Position numbers and translations under genes: made by a program. 45,336 bases of DNA from an uncultured Hydromonas sp. (GTDB lineage Bacteria > Pseudomonadota > Gammaproteobacteria > Burkholderiales > Burkholderiaceae). Below, one piece after another: positions 9,432 to 17,719 of the stretch. The notes below the pieces were generated by a model. That model worked only from the letters and a program-made list of their open reading frames with translations. It made no database searches and was not told the DNA's origin. The DNA lies in assembly GCA_964481695.1 (NCBI GenBank), contig CAYZVI010000001.1:1-45336 (forward strand). Direction: 5' to 3'. Every line of letters starts with the position of its first letter. The first letter of the stretch is position 1.

Positions 9432-10121
9432 GTGAATATTCAGCCTTTGGCTTTGGTGGTAGAGGACGAGGACGATATCGCGACTTTGTTGGACTTTAGT
9501 TTGCGTAAAGCAGGTTTTAGCGTTGATTGGGCTAAAAATTTGCAGGAAGCTCAATCGTGCGTGAAAAGAGTGTTGCCTGATGTGGTGATTCTGGATTGGA
9601 TGTTACCCGATGGGGATGGAGTATCGTGGTTGAATCAACTGCGTTCTAATGAGCGCACCAAATATTTGCCTGTGCTCATGCTCACTGCTCGAGCGCAAGA
9701 ATCTGATAAGCTCAAAGGTTTAGAAGGCGGTGCAGATGACTATATCACCAAGCCTTTTAGTCCGAAGGAACTGGTCGCGCGTATTAACACCGTCTTACGT
9801 CGCGCGGCACCCCACCACGTAGAGCAAGTGATCGAATTCAGCGAGTGTCAGCTTAAAGATGACGATCACACATTGAGCAAAGGTGATGTGGTAGAAAATA
9901 TTGGTAACACCGAGTATAAATTGCTCAAGTTCCTTTTGACTCACCGCAATAAAACCTACAGTCGTGCGCAGCTGCTCGATATGGTCTGGGGTGACCATGT
10001 GTTTATCGAGGAGCGCACAGTGGATGTGCATGTCTTGCGCTTACGTAAGATCCTTCAACGCTTTGGCGTAGAAGAACACCTTGAAACCGTGCGAGGAATC
10101 GGGTATCGTTGGCAAGAATAA
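9432..10121 (+). CDS. phoB: Phosphate regulon response regulator PhoB
   Basis: It is close to E. coli PhoB along its full length (DWMLPDG, GADDYITKPFSPKELVARI, RTVDVHV.RLRK, VRG.GYR). It has a GTG start preceded by AAGGA. Confidence 0.95.
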   Translation: MNIQPLALVVEDEDDIATLLDFSLRKAGFSVDWAKNLQEAQSCVKRVLPDVVILDWMLPDGDGVSWLNQLRSNERTKYLPVLMLTARAQESDKLKGLEGGADDYITKPFSPKELVARINTVLRRAAPHHVEQVIEFSECQLKDDDHTLSKGDVVENIGNTEYKLLKFLLTHRNKTYSRAQLLDMVWGDHVFIEERTVDVHVLRLRKILQRFGVEEHLETVRGIGYRWQE

Positions 10122-10229
10122 CGGGCGTTGCATCATAGGGGTGTAATCGTCCGCTCTCCAGCGACAGTGAAGTATGCGTTTTCTCCCAATAAATGGGCGT
10201 GTACTTCACGCAATGAGCGGTTTATCAGA

Positions 10230-11609
10230 ATGTCCAATAATCAAAATTCACTTCCAGATCTCAAAGTATTCGATTCCATCGAAGATAAATTTCCTCACAG
10301 TTACCAATCCATTTCTTTTGCTCGTTCTGCTATGGTTCCAGCGATTGTTCTGGGACTATTGGTTGCGGTTATGTCATATTTCCTGCCTTTTTGGGTTGGA
10401 TTGCTGTTGGTCATCGCTTATTTGGTTTGGAGCTTATCGGCACATTACCGTGAACTCAAACGTTTTGCTTTGTGGCTGTCTTATCCAAAAAGTCAAAATG
10501 TACCTTCGGGTCACGGGGTGTGGACTGATATTTTTGCCAAGCTTTACGCGCTGCGCCGAATGGATGAGAAACACGAAGCTCAGTTGGCCGAATGGTTGGC
10601 ACGATTCCAAAATACCATGCGCCATTTACCCGATGGCGTGGTGCTGATGGATAAAGCCACAACACTTGAATGGGCCAATCCAGTGGCTGAGCAGCATTTT
10701 CATCTGCATTCAGAGCAAGATTTAGGAACGCGCATGGTTAATCTGGTGCGTGAGCCGAAATTGGTTAATGCGATCAAGGATGCTCAATACGATCAACCCT
10801 TTAAAATTGAATATGTCGATCATAGTCTGGAAATTCACCTGATTGATTTTGAATCCGATCGGATTATCTTGGTCAGTCGTGATATCACCGAAACCGAGCG
10901 TGTGGATTCGATGCGCCGAGATTTTATTGCCAATGCTTCGCATGAGCTGCGTACACCGTTGACGGTTATCAGCGGCTTTTTAGAGCATGCTCAGGATGCG
11001 CCGGATATGCCGATGGAAGAACGCATGAAGCAGCTCGATCTCATGCGGCATCAGGCTGATCGTATGACCATATTAATTCAGGATATGTTGATGCTATCGC
11101 GTTTGGAATCAGAGGTTCATGTCGATGCACATACCATCTCAATGCCGACTCTGATTCGCCAACAATTGGACAGCGCCCAAGCTTTGTCGGCAGGTCGACA
11201 TACCATTCACAGCACAGTCGAGGATATCAATATCGAAGGTAGTGAGCAAGAAATCGCCAGCGTGGTTGGCAATTTATTGTCTAATGCCGTGCGTTATACA
11301 CCCGAAGGGGGCGAGATTTTCCTGCGCTGGTCGTATAACGCCAAACAGCAGCCCACTCTGGTGGTGCGTGATACGGGGATTGGTATTGCCGCAGAACATT
11401 TGCCACGATTAACGGAGCGCTTCTATCGAGTCAATACGGCTCAATCACGAGCCACTAAAGGTACGGGTTTGGGATTGGCGATTGTCAAACATGTTTTGAT
11501 TCGTCATCATGCACAGCTTAAGATTGAGTCATTACAGGCACCATCGCCTAAACATGGTACAAGTTTTACCATTACGTTCCAGAAAAATGCTTTTACCGGT
11601 GGTAAATAA
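10230..11609 (+). CDS. phoR: Phosphate regulon sensor histidine kinase PhoR
   Basis: It has two N-terminal TM helices, a PAS region, the H-box FIANASHELRTPLT, the N-box LLSNAVRYTP and the G-boxes DTGIGI / GTGLGLAIV. The track start at 10128 is a TTG, so I prefer ATG 10230 (MSNNQNS). Confidence 0.9.
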   Translation: MSNNQNSLPDLKVFDSIEDKFPHSYQSISFARSAMVPAIVLGLLVAVMSYFLPFWVGLLLVIAYLVWSLSAHYRELKRFALWLSYPKSQNVPSGHGVWTDIFAKLYALRRMDEKHEAQLAEWLARFQNTMRHLPDGVVLMDKATTLEWANPVAEQHFHLHSEQDLGTRMVNLVREPKLVNAIKDAQYDQPFKIEYVDHSLEIHLIDFESDRIILVSRDITETERVDSMRRDFIANASHELRTPLTVISGFLEHAQDAPDMPMEERMKQLDLMRHQADRMTILIQDMLMLSRLESEVHVDAHTISMPTLIRQQLDSAQALSAGRHTIHSTVEDINIEGSEQEIASVVGNLLSNAVRYTPEGGEIFLRWSYNAKQQPTLVVRDTGIGIAAEHLPRLTERFYRVNTAQSRATKGTGLGLAIVKHVLIRHHAQLKIESLQAPSPKHGTSFTITFQKNAFTGGK

Positions 11610-11778
11610 GTCTTTTTTAAAACATTTTGTCTGATTCAATCATTTTGCGTATAGAAGTTAGTTTGAGTTGGCGTTATATGCGCCTTGTATCTCTATTATC
11701 ATTGGCTGAGTGATGTGTTAATATGCGCCATCTTCGGCGCTACAGTTGTGCGCTGATATTGATATTTGATTATCCGGC

Positions 11779-13422
11779 ATGTCTCGAAAATCCATACCAC
11801 GCTATCATAAGAAAATTATTCTTGCGTCCTCTCTGGGTACCGCCTTTGAGTGGTATGACTTCTATTTGTATGGCACTTTAGCTGGTATTTTAGGACAGCA
11901 TTTCTTATCGGGTTATAACCCAACGGCTGATTTCATTGTCACTTTAATGCTATTTGCCGTTGGTTTTGTCGTGCGGCCATTCGGTGCGTTGTTCTTTGGG
12001 CGTCTGGGTGATATGGTGGGGCGCAAACACACCTTTTTGGTCACGATTTTGATCATGGGGTTGTCTACGTTTATTATCGGTTTGTTGCCAACTTATGATG
12101 TGATTGGCGTTGCCGCCCCAATATTATTGATTGCATTGCGGATGTTGCAAGGATTGGCTTTGGGTGGAGAATACGGTGGTGCGGTCACTTATTTGGCTGA
12201 ACATGCACCAGCCGATCAGCGAGGGCGTTATACCGGCTGGATTCAAGTAACGGCGAGCGTAGGGCTGCTATTATCCTTGTTGGTTACGAATGGTGTGCGT
12301 TGGCTGATTGGTGAGGAGGCTTTTTTCGCATGGGGTTGGCGAATTCCTTTCTTGGCTTCTATGTTGTTGCTCGGATTCTCTATTTGGTTGCGGATGCAGT
12401 TGAATGAATCACCGTTGTTCATGCAACTGAAAGCCGATGGTCTGGTCACCTCAAGGCCATTACTGGATTCTTTTGCCAAATGGTCAAATCTGAAAAAGGT
12501 TTTGGCTGTAATGTTTGGGTTATGCGCGGGGCAGGGTGTGATTTGGTACACCAGTCATTTTTATGCGTTGTTCTTTTTGACTCAAAGTTTGAAGTTGCCA
12601 GCGCAACAGGCACAGTTGTTAATGATCGTTGCTCTGTTTTTGGCTTTACCGAGTTTTTTATTTTTTGCCAGTTTGTCTGATCGTATTGGTCGCAGACCCA
12701 TTATGATAGCGGGTTGTTTTTTAGCGGCGCTATTGTATTTTCCGATGTTTAAAGCTTTGGCTTTTGTGGTAAATCCTGCTCTGGATCAAGCTCAGGAGCA
12801 CTCGCCAGTGGTGGTTTTGGCCGATCCGGCGCGTTGTTCTTTTCAACTAAATGTACTCAATACCAATACGCGCAATGTGTATTCGTGCGACATAGCCAAA
12901 ACCTATTTGACTCAATCGGGAATTGCATACAGCAATCAGGTCGCACCACCCGGTATGGTGGCTCAGGTGCTGATCGGTCACGAAGTGGTAGAGGCCTACG
13001 AAGGCGGGCAGCTCAACTCTCGGCAAAACAGCGTGTTATTTAAGCAAAATATTCAGGCCGCCTTAAGCCGAGCCGGTTATCCTTTACAAGCGGATCATAA
13101 TTCAGTCAGCGAGTTTTGGGTGGTGTTGATTTTATGGGCGATGATCATTCCCGTGGCGATGGTGTATGCGCCAATGGTCGCATTATTGGTGGAGATTTTT
13201 CCGACACGCATTCGATATACCTCGATGTCTTTACCCTATCACATTGGTAATGGTTGGTTTGGTGGAATTCTACCCACAGTGGCCTTTGCCATGGTGGCGG
13301 CGACGGGGAATGTCTTCTTCGGCTTGTGGTATCCGATTGCAGTTGCTTTGTTTGCAGGTGTTTTGGGCTATTGGATTCATTTACCGAAAGAAGACGAGTC
13401 GTCTGCTGGTTCCGTTTGTTAG
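11779..13422 (+). CDS. MFS transporter, metabolite:H+ symporter (MHS) family, with an extra ~115-aa loop domain
   Basis: FEWYDFYLYG, RPFGALFFGRLGDMVGRK and LQGLALGGEYGGA are MHS hallmarks. It has 12 predicted TM helices, with a hydrophilic insert between TM9 and TM10. Confidence 0.9.
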   Translation: MSRKSIPRYHKKIILASSLGTAFEWYDFYLYGTLAGILGQHFLSGYNPTADFIVTLMLFAVGFVVRPFGALFFGRLGDMVGRKHTFLVTILIMGLSTFIIGLLPTYDVIGVAAPILLIALRMLQGLALGGEYGGAVTYLAEHAPADQRGRYTGWIQVTASVGLLLSLLVTNGVRWLIGEEAFFAWGWRIPFLASMLLLGFSIWLRMQLNESPLFMQLKADGLVTSRPLLDSFAKWSNLKKVLAVMFGLCAGQGVIWYTSHFYALFFLTQSLKLPAQQAQLLMIVALFLALPSFLFFASLSDRIGRRPIMIAGCFLAALLYFPMFKALAFVVNPALDQAQEHSPVVVLADPARCSFQLNVLNTNTRNVYSCDIAKTYLTQSGIAYSNQVAPPGMVAQVLIGHEVVEAYEGGQLNSRQNSVLFKQNIQAALSRAGYPLQADHNSVSEFWVVLILWAMIIPVAMVYAPMVALLVEIFPTRIRYTSMSLPYHIGNGWFGGILPTVAFAMVAATGNVFFGLWYPIAVALFAGVLGYWIHLPKEDESSAGSVC

Positions 13423-13476
13423 ATGAATTATAATGATGCCTTTCTGGCGTGAGCTAGACGTATTTAGAATATTTAA

Positions 13477-13498
13477 AGCCCAGTAGGGCTATTTTTTT
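13477..13498 (+). terminator. Weak hairpin plus T-run after the MFS gene
   Basis: AGCCC agta GGGCT is followed by ATTTTTTT. The stem is only 5 bp. Confidence 0.4.
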
Positions 13499-13514
13499 GA
13501 AATGAGTAATTTGT

Positions 13515-14351
13515 ATGGATTGGATATCAATGATACAGGCGGCAATTATGGGGATTGTCGAAGGTTTGACGGAGTTTCTACCTGTTTCCAGTACGGGGCA
13601 TTTGATTTTGACTAGCTCATTATTAGGGTTGGAAGGGGAGTTCTGGCATTCATTTGACATGGCCATTCAGTTTGGTGCGATTATTGCGGTCATTTGGGAG
13701 TTTCGTGCGCGAATTTTGAAAGTTATTAATGGAATGTGGCAACGAAATTCTACAGATTGGCGTTTTGCTGTGAATGTCATCGTTGCATGTATTCCTGCAA
13801 GCTTTCTGGCATTATTGTTTGAAAAGCAAATTAAAGGGTTTTTGTTTAATGCTGTGTCGGTGGCGATTGCATTGATTGTGGGTGGACTGATTATTTTGTG
13901 GGCGGAGCGCCGTCAAACGCCAGAATCAGTCCGAGTACACAGCATGGACGATATGAGCATACTAGATGCGCTGAAAGTCGGCATTGCCCAGATTGCAGCC
14001 TTATTTCCCGGTACTTCGCGCTCTGGCTCAACGATTATTGGTGGTATGTTGTTTGGATTGAGCCGTCAAACGGCGACACAGTTCTCTTTTTTCTTGGCAA
14101 TTCCGATCCTTTTTGCGGCTTCAGCTAAGGAGTTATTGAGCATGGGTGATATGCTCACATCGCATAATTTAACTTTGTTTGCGATTGGTTTTATTTTTTC
14201 ATTCGTCAGCGCGTTCTTTTGTGTGCGTTGGTTACTGCGCTTTGTCAGTCAGCATAATTTCAATGGCTTTGCTTGGTATCGAATTGTTTTTGGTGTGATT
14301 ATTTTGGTGACTTGGGCGTTGGGTTGGGTGGATTGGACTCAAGCTGGATAA
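13515..14351 (+). CDS. uppP: Undecaprenyl-diphosphate phosphatase
   Basis: GIVEGLTEFLPVSSTGHLIL and PGTSRSGSTI are the BacA/UppP signature motifs. Confidence 0.95.
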   Translation: MDWISMIQAAIMGIVEGLTEFLPVSSTGHLILTSSLLGLEGEFWHSFDMAIQFGAIIAVIWEFRARILKVINGMWQRNSTDWRFAVNVIVACIPASFLALLFEKQIKGFLFNAVSVAIALIVGGLIILWAERRQTPESVRVHSMDDMSILDALKVGIAQIAALFPGTSRSGSTIIGGMLFGLSRQTATQFSFFLAIPILFAASAKELLSMGDMLTSHNLTLFAIGFIFSFVSAFFCVRWLLRFVSQHNFNGFAWYRIVFGVIILVTWALGWVDWTQAG

Positions 14352-14374
14352 TCCTCTTCAGTATTATGATGGTG

Positions 14375-14404
14375 AAAAACCTCGATCATTGATCGAGGTT
14401 TTTT
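14375..14404 (+). terminator. Rho-independent terminator of uppP
   Basis: AAAAA CCTCGATC att GATCGAGG TTTTTT. Confidence 0.8.
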
Positions 14405-14677
14405 GTGTCTGCAGAGCCGTAAGGATTTCTTTTAATTGATAGGGCGTATGGATTGTAAAGCGGATTTAATTAACAAGCTATGACCTTTGTGTCGATTTAA
14501 TTCCGTCTTCTCTATAAAGTTTTCAGCCTAAACACAGCTTGTCCTTGACTTGGTTTTTCTATGAGTTGAATTTGCTTTAGGAGGCTTTATTAATATGTGG
14601 TTTTTAAGGTTGAGGGAGGGAGCTTGCTTGGTGTCTAAGTTAAACTTCAGAGATGTTTGGGAAACGAATCGGTATAG

Positions 14678-14707
14678 AAAAACCCCGACCATTGAGTCGG
14701 GGTTTTT
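14678..14707. terminator. Bidirectional terminator hairpin downstream of actP
   Basis: AAAAA CCCCGAC cattga GTCGGGG TTTTT lies 30 nt after the actP stop. It has an A-run on one side and a T-run on the other. Confidence 0.8.
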
Positions 14708-14736
14708 CATTCAAGCTAACTAAGCAGAAGTTCTGA

Positions 14737-16497
14737 TTAGTGACCAGATACACCCGCTGCGCCGATACCTGTTTCAGAACGAACTTTCTGAGCAGGGTAG
14801 CCAGCACGGTCAATGGCCGCACGAGCACTCTTATCAGTGATTGAAACCAACCAGATAGTAACGAATGCCAGAGTCATAGAGAACAAAGCTGGAGAAGTGT
14901 ACGGGAAGATTTCTTTCGCGTTGTGGAACACGTCAACCCAAACAGATTTTGAGAATAGAGTCAACACAACAGCAGAAATCAGACCTACATAGCCACCGAT
15001 GGTTGCGCCACGAGTCGTACAGTCTTTCCACAATACAGACATGAACAATACTGGGAAGTTTGCAGAAGCAGCAATCGCGAACGCCAAAGATACCATGAAC
15101 GCAATGTTTTGTTTCTCAAACGCGATACCCAACAGTACGGCAACAACGCCCAAAACCAAAGTAGTGATTTTAGATACTTTCAATTCAGTTGCGCTGTCTG
15201 CTTTACCTTTTTTGATCACAGTTGCATACAAGTCATGTGATACTGCAGATGCACCTGACAGAGTCAAACCTGCTACGACCGCCAAGATGGTTGCAAATGC
15301 TACAGCTGAGATGAAGCCCAAGAATACGTTACCGCCGACAGCGTTGGCCAAGTGAATCGCAGCCATGTTACCACCGCCTTTGAGCGCGCCTTTAGCATCC
15401 AAGAATTCAGGATTGGTCAATACGAATGTGATCGCACCAAAACCAATGATGAACGTCAGGATGTAGAAGTAGCCGATCCAAGTAGTTGCCCAGAATACAG
15501 ATTTACGAGCTTCTTTTGCATTAGGTACAGTGAAGAAACGCATCATGATGTGTGGCAAACCAGCAGTACCGAACATCAAAGCCATACCGAAAGAGATCGC
15601 AGAGATTGGATCTTTTACGAAACCACCAGGACCCATGATTGAGAAGCCTTTAGCTGCAGCCGCTGCGGCAGTAGAGGTCGCCAATGCGGCTGGATCTGCG
15701 GTTGGGTTTGCTTTCAATGCTTCAGCAATCAAGCCTTTTTGAGCCAATACGGTTTTGATCTCGATGGCTTTAGCAAACATAGCTCCTGGGTGGAACCCAA
15801 ATTTTGCTAATACCATAAAGCCCATGAATGACGCACCTGCGAGCAACAAGCATGCTTTAATGATCTGTACCCAAGTCGTTGCAGACATACCGCCGAACAA
15901 TACATAGACCATCATCAATGCACCAACGATGATTACTGCCCAGATGTATTCCATACCGAACAGCAATTTGATCAACTGACCCGCACCTACCATCTGAGCG
16001 ATCAGATAGAAGGCCACAACGACCAGAGTAGAAATTGCCGCGAAGGTACGAACAGGTTTTTGTTCATAGCGATAAGCAGCTACGTCAGCAAAGGTAAATT
16101 GACCCAAGTTACGCAGACGTTCCGCCATCAAGAAGGTGATCACTGGCCAGCCGACCAAGAAGCCGATTGAGTAGATCAAACCGTCAAAACCTGTATTCAT
16201 CACCGCCGCGGAAATACCGAGGAATGATGCAGCAGACATGTAGTCACCGGCAATCGCCAAACCATTTTGGAAGCCCGTAATACCACCACCACCGGTATAG
16301 AAGTCAGCTGCAGATTTAGTGCGACCAGCCGCCCATTTGGTAATGAACATGGTCAAAATAACGAAACCAATGAACATGCCAATCGCAGTCCAGTTGGTCG
16401 CTTGTTTTTCTGCTTGACCCAAATCAGCGCCTGCTGCCAAGGCAACGGTACCGATAGAGGCCAACAATAAGCCGATTAAAGATTTGGTTTTATTCAT
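14737..16497 (-). CDS. actP: Cation/acetate symporter (SSS family)
   Basis: A 586-aa multi-TM ORF of the sodium:solute symporter type is preceded by, and overlaps as ATGA, a DUF485 gene. This is the canonical yjcH-actP pair. Confidence 0.92.
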   Translation of the reverse strand: MNKTKSLIGLLLASIGTVALAAGADLGQAEKQATNWTAIGMFIGFVILTMFITKWAAGRTKSAADFYTGGGGITGFQNGLAIAGDYMSAASFLGISAAVMNTGFDGLIYSIGFLVGWPVITFLMAERLRNLGQFTFADVAAYRYEQKPVRTFAAISTLVVVAFYLIAQMVGAGQLIKLLFGMEYIWAVIIVGALMMVYVLFGGMSATTWVQIIKACLLLAGASFMGFMVLAKFGFHPGAMFAKAIEIKTVLAQKGLIAEALKANPTADPAALATSTAAAAAAKGFSIMGPGGFVKDPISAISFGMALMFGTAGLPHIMMRFFTVPNAKEARKSVFWATTWIGYFYILTFIIGFGAITFVLTNPEFLDAKGALKGGGNMAAIHLANAVGGNVFLGFISAVAFATILAVVAGLTLSGASAVSHDLYATVIKKGKADSATELKVSKITTLVLGVVAVLLGIAFEKQNIAFMVSLAFAIAASANFPVLFMSVLWKDCTTRGATIGGYVGLISAVVLTLFSKSVWVDVFHNAKEIFPYTSPALFSMTLAFVTIWLVSITDKSARAAIDRAGYPAQKVRSETGIGAAGVSGH

Positions 16498-16805
16498 TGC
16501 TGAACCTCCTTACGTACTGCTTCGTTCAACTCGTCAAATTCAGTATTCGCACGACGAACGTAGATACCCGTAATAACGATGGTGAACAACAATACAAATA
16601 AGCCAATCGGCAAAGCGTAAGTCATTACACCTTCACCAATACGTTGTGACATGAAGCCTTTACCAAAAGCTACCATCAAAATAAAGCCGTAATACACGAT
16701 CATCATCAGGGCCGTTAAAAACCAACCGTATGAAGAGCGAGTTTTGACCAATTTTTGGTAAGCGGGTGACGCATTGACGCGTTTGACCAACTCATCGTCT
16801 CTCAT
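16494..16805 (-). CDS. yjcH: DUF485 inner-membrane protein
   Basis: A 103-aa ORF has two TM helices and overlaps actP by 4 nt (ATGA). Confidence 0.88.
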   Translation of the reverse strand: MRDDELVKRVNASPAYQKLVKTRSSYGWFLTALMMIVYYGFILMVAFGKGFMSQRIGEGVMTYALPIGLFVLLFTIVITGIYVRRANTEFDELNEAVRKEVQQ

Positions 16806-17036
16806 TTGTCTACTCCTATTTTAATAATTTGAAATTGCCACCCAATCGGCCACAAGGACTTTTTGAGCAAACTTTATGGATTGAATATGTAGTCTAGTGC
16901 ATAGACTACTCGACAATCTGTGCGTAGAATACTGACAGTGCCTTACGCTTTACTTACTGATTGAATTGCATATTTTTCTGTTTTTACTGAAATTGTGAGC
17001 AAATGGGCTAATTAAGACAAATATTGACTGCAATTA

Positions 17037-17068
17037 GAAGAAAATCGCCCGAACATTTGTCGGGCGAT
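17037..17068 (-). terminator. Hairpin terminator after the exonuclease gene
   Basis: The minus strand reads ATCGCCCG acaaatgtt CGGGCGAT followed by TTTTCTT. It lies 50 nt after the stop at 17117. Confidence 0.6.
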
Positions 17069-17116
17069 ATGGGTTTGAAAGTAATATTTGGCTTTCTTTT
17101 TTATATTTTATGCGCA

Positions 17117-17719
17117 TTAGCCTCGCGCTTTGAGTGCCAAATACATGAGCGCGACATTGATTGCGTCGTTGAGTGCATCATGACGGGGTAAATCAGGAAA
17201 TTTGAGTTTCTCGATGATGGTTGCCATACGCAAGTCAACATGACCATCCTGAACTTTTTTAATCTCTTGATCGTAATAGATACCGGAAACCTCGATTTGT
17301 TTCTGCGGCAGGGTAATACCAAGCAATGGCTTTAGGTATTTATTCACCAGTGCGACGTCATATTCGAGGTAATACCCGACCAGCGGACGTCCTCCCATGA
17401 AGTCAAGCAGCTGGTATATCGCCTCATTGATTGGGATCCCGCCAGAAACGTCCTTCGGGCGCAGGCCATGGACTTTGACGTTGGAGGCCTGCATCATGCC
17501 TTCGGGTTTGACCAAAACGTAGAATGAATCGCTGGTTAAAACTTTATTGCCACGAATTTTTACGGCACCAATGGAAATGATTTCGGCTTCTTTGACATTT
17601 AGGCTGGTCGTTTCGCAGTCGAAACTGACCAACTCGTCGGGATGCTCCTCAAATAAGTTGGCATATTTTGGGTCAGACAGTTTGCGCTGACTCCACGAGC
17701 GTCGTAGCGAGTCGAACAT
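17117..17719 (-). CDS. DnaQ-like DEDDh 3'-5' exonuclease
   Basis: Exo I is FDCETTSL, Exo II is YYLEYDVALV and Exo III is HDALNDA. The start overlaps the stop of the upstream gene (TAATG). Confidence 0.85.
   Translation of the reverse strand: MFDSLRRSWSQRKLSDPKYANLFEEHPDELVSFDCETTSLNVKEAEIISIGAVKIRGNKVLTSDSFYVLVKPEGMMQASNVKVHGLRPKDVSGGIPINEAIYQLLDFMGGRPLVGYYLEYDVALVNKYLKPLLGITLPQKQIEVSGIYYDQEIKKVQDGHVDLRMATIIEKLKFPDLPRHDALNDAINVALMYLALKARG

Noticed and set aside
10128-10229. A 34-codon N-terminal extension of phoR in the ORF track.
   Set aside because: It begins with TTG, has no RBS, and encodes a non-PhoR-like basic peptide. ATG 10230 gives a PhoR of normal length.
16921-16950. A GGCAC motif on the minus strand upstream of yjcH, considered as a sigma-54 -24 element.
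   Set aside because: The required GC at -12 (TGGCAC-N5-TTGC) is absent. The spacing gives AT instead.
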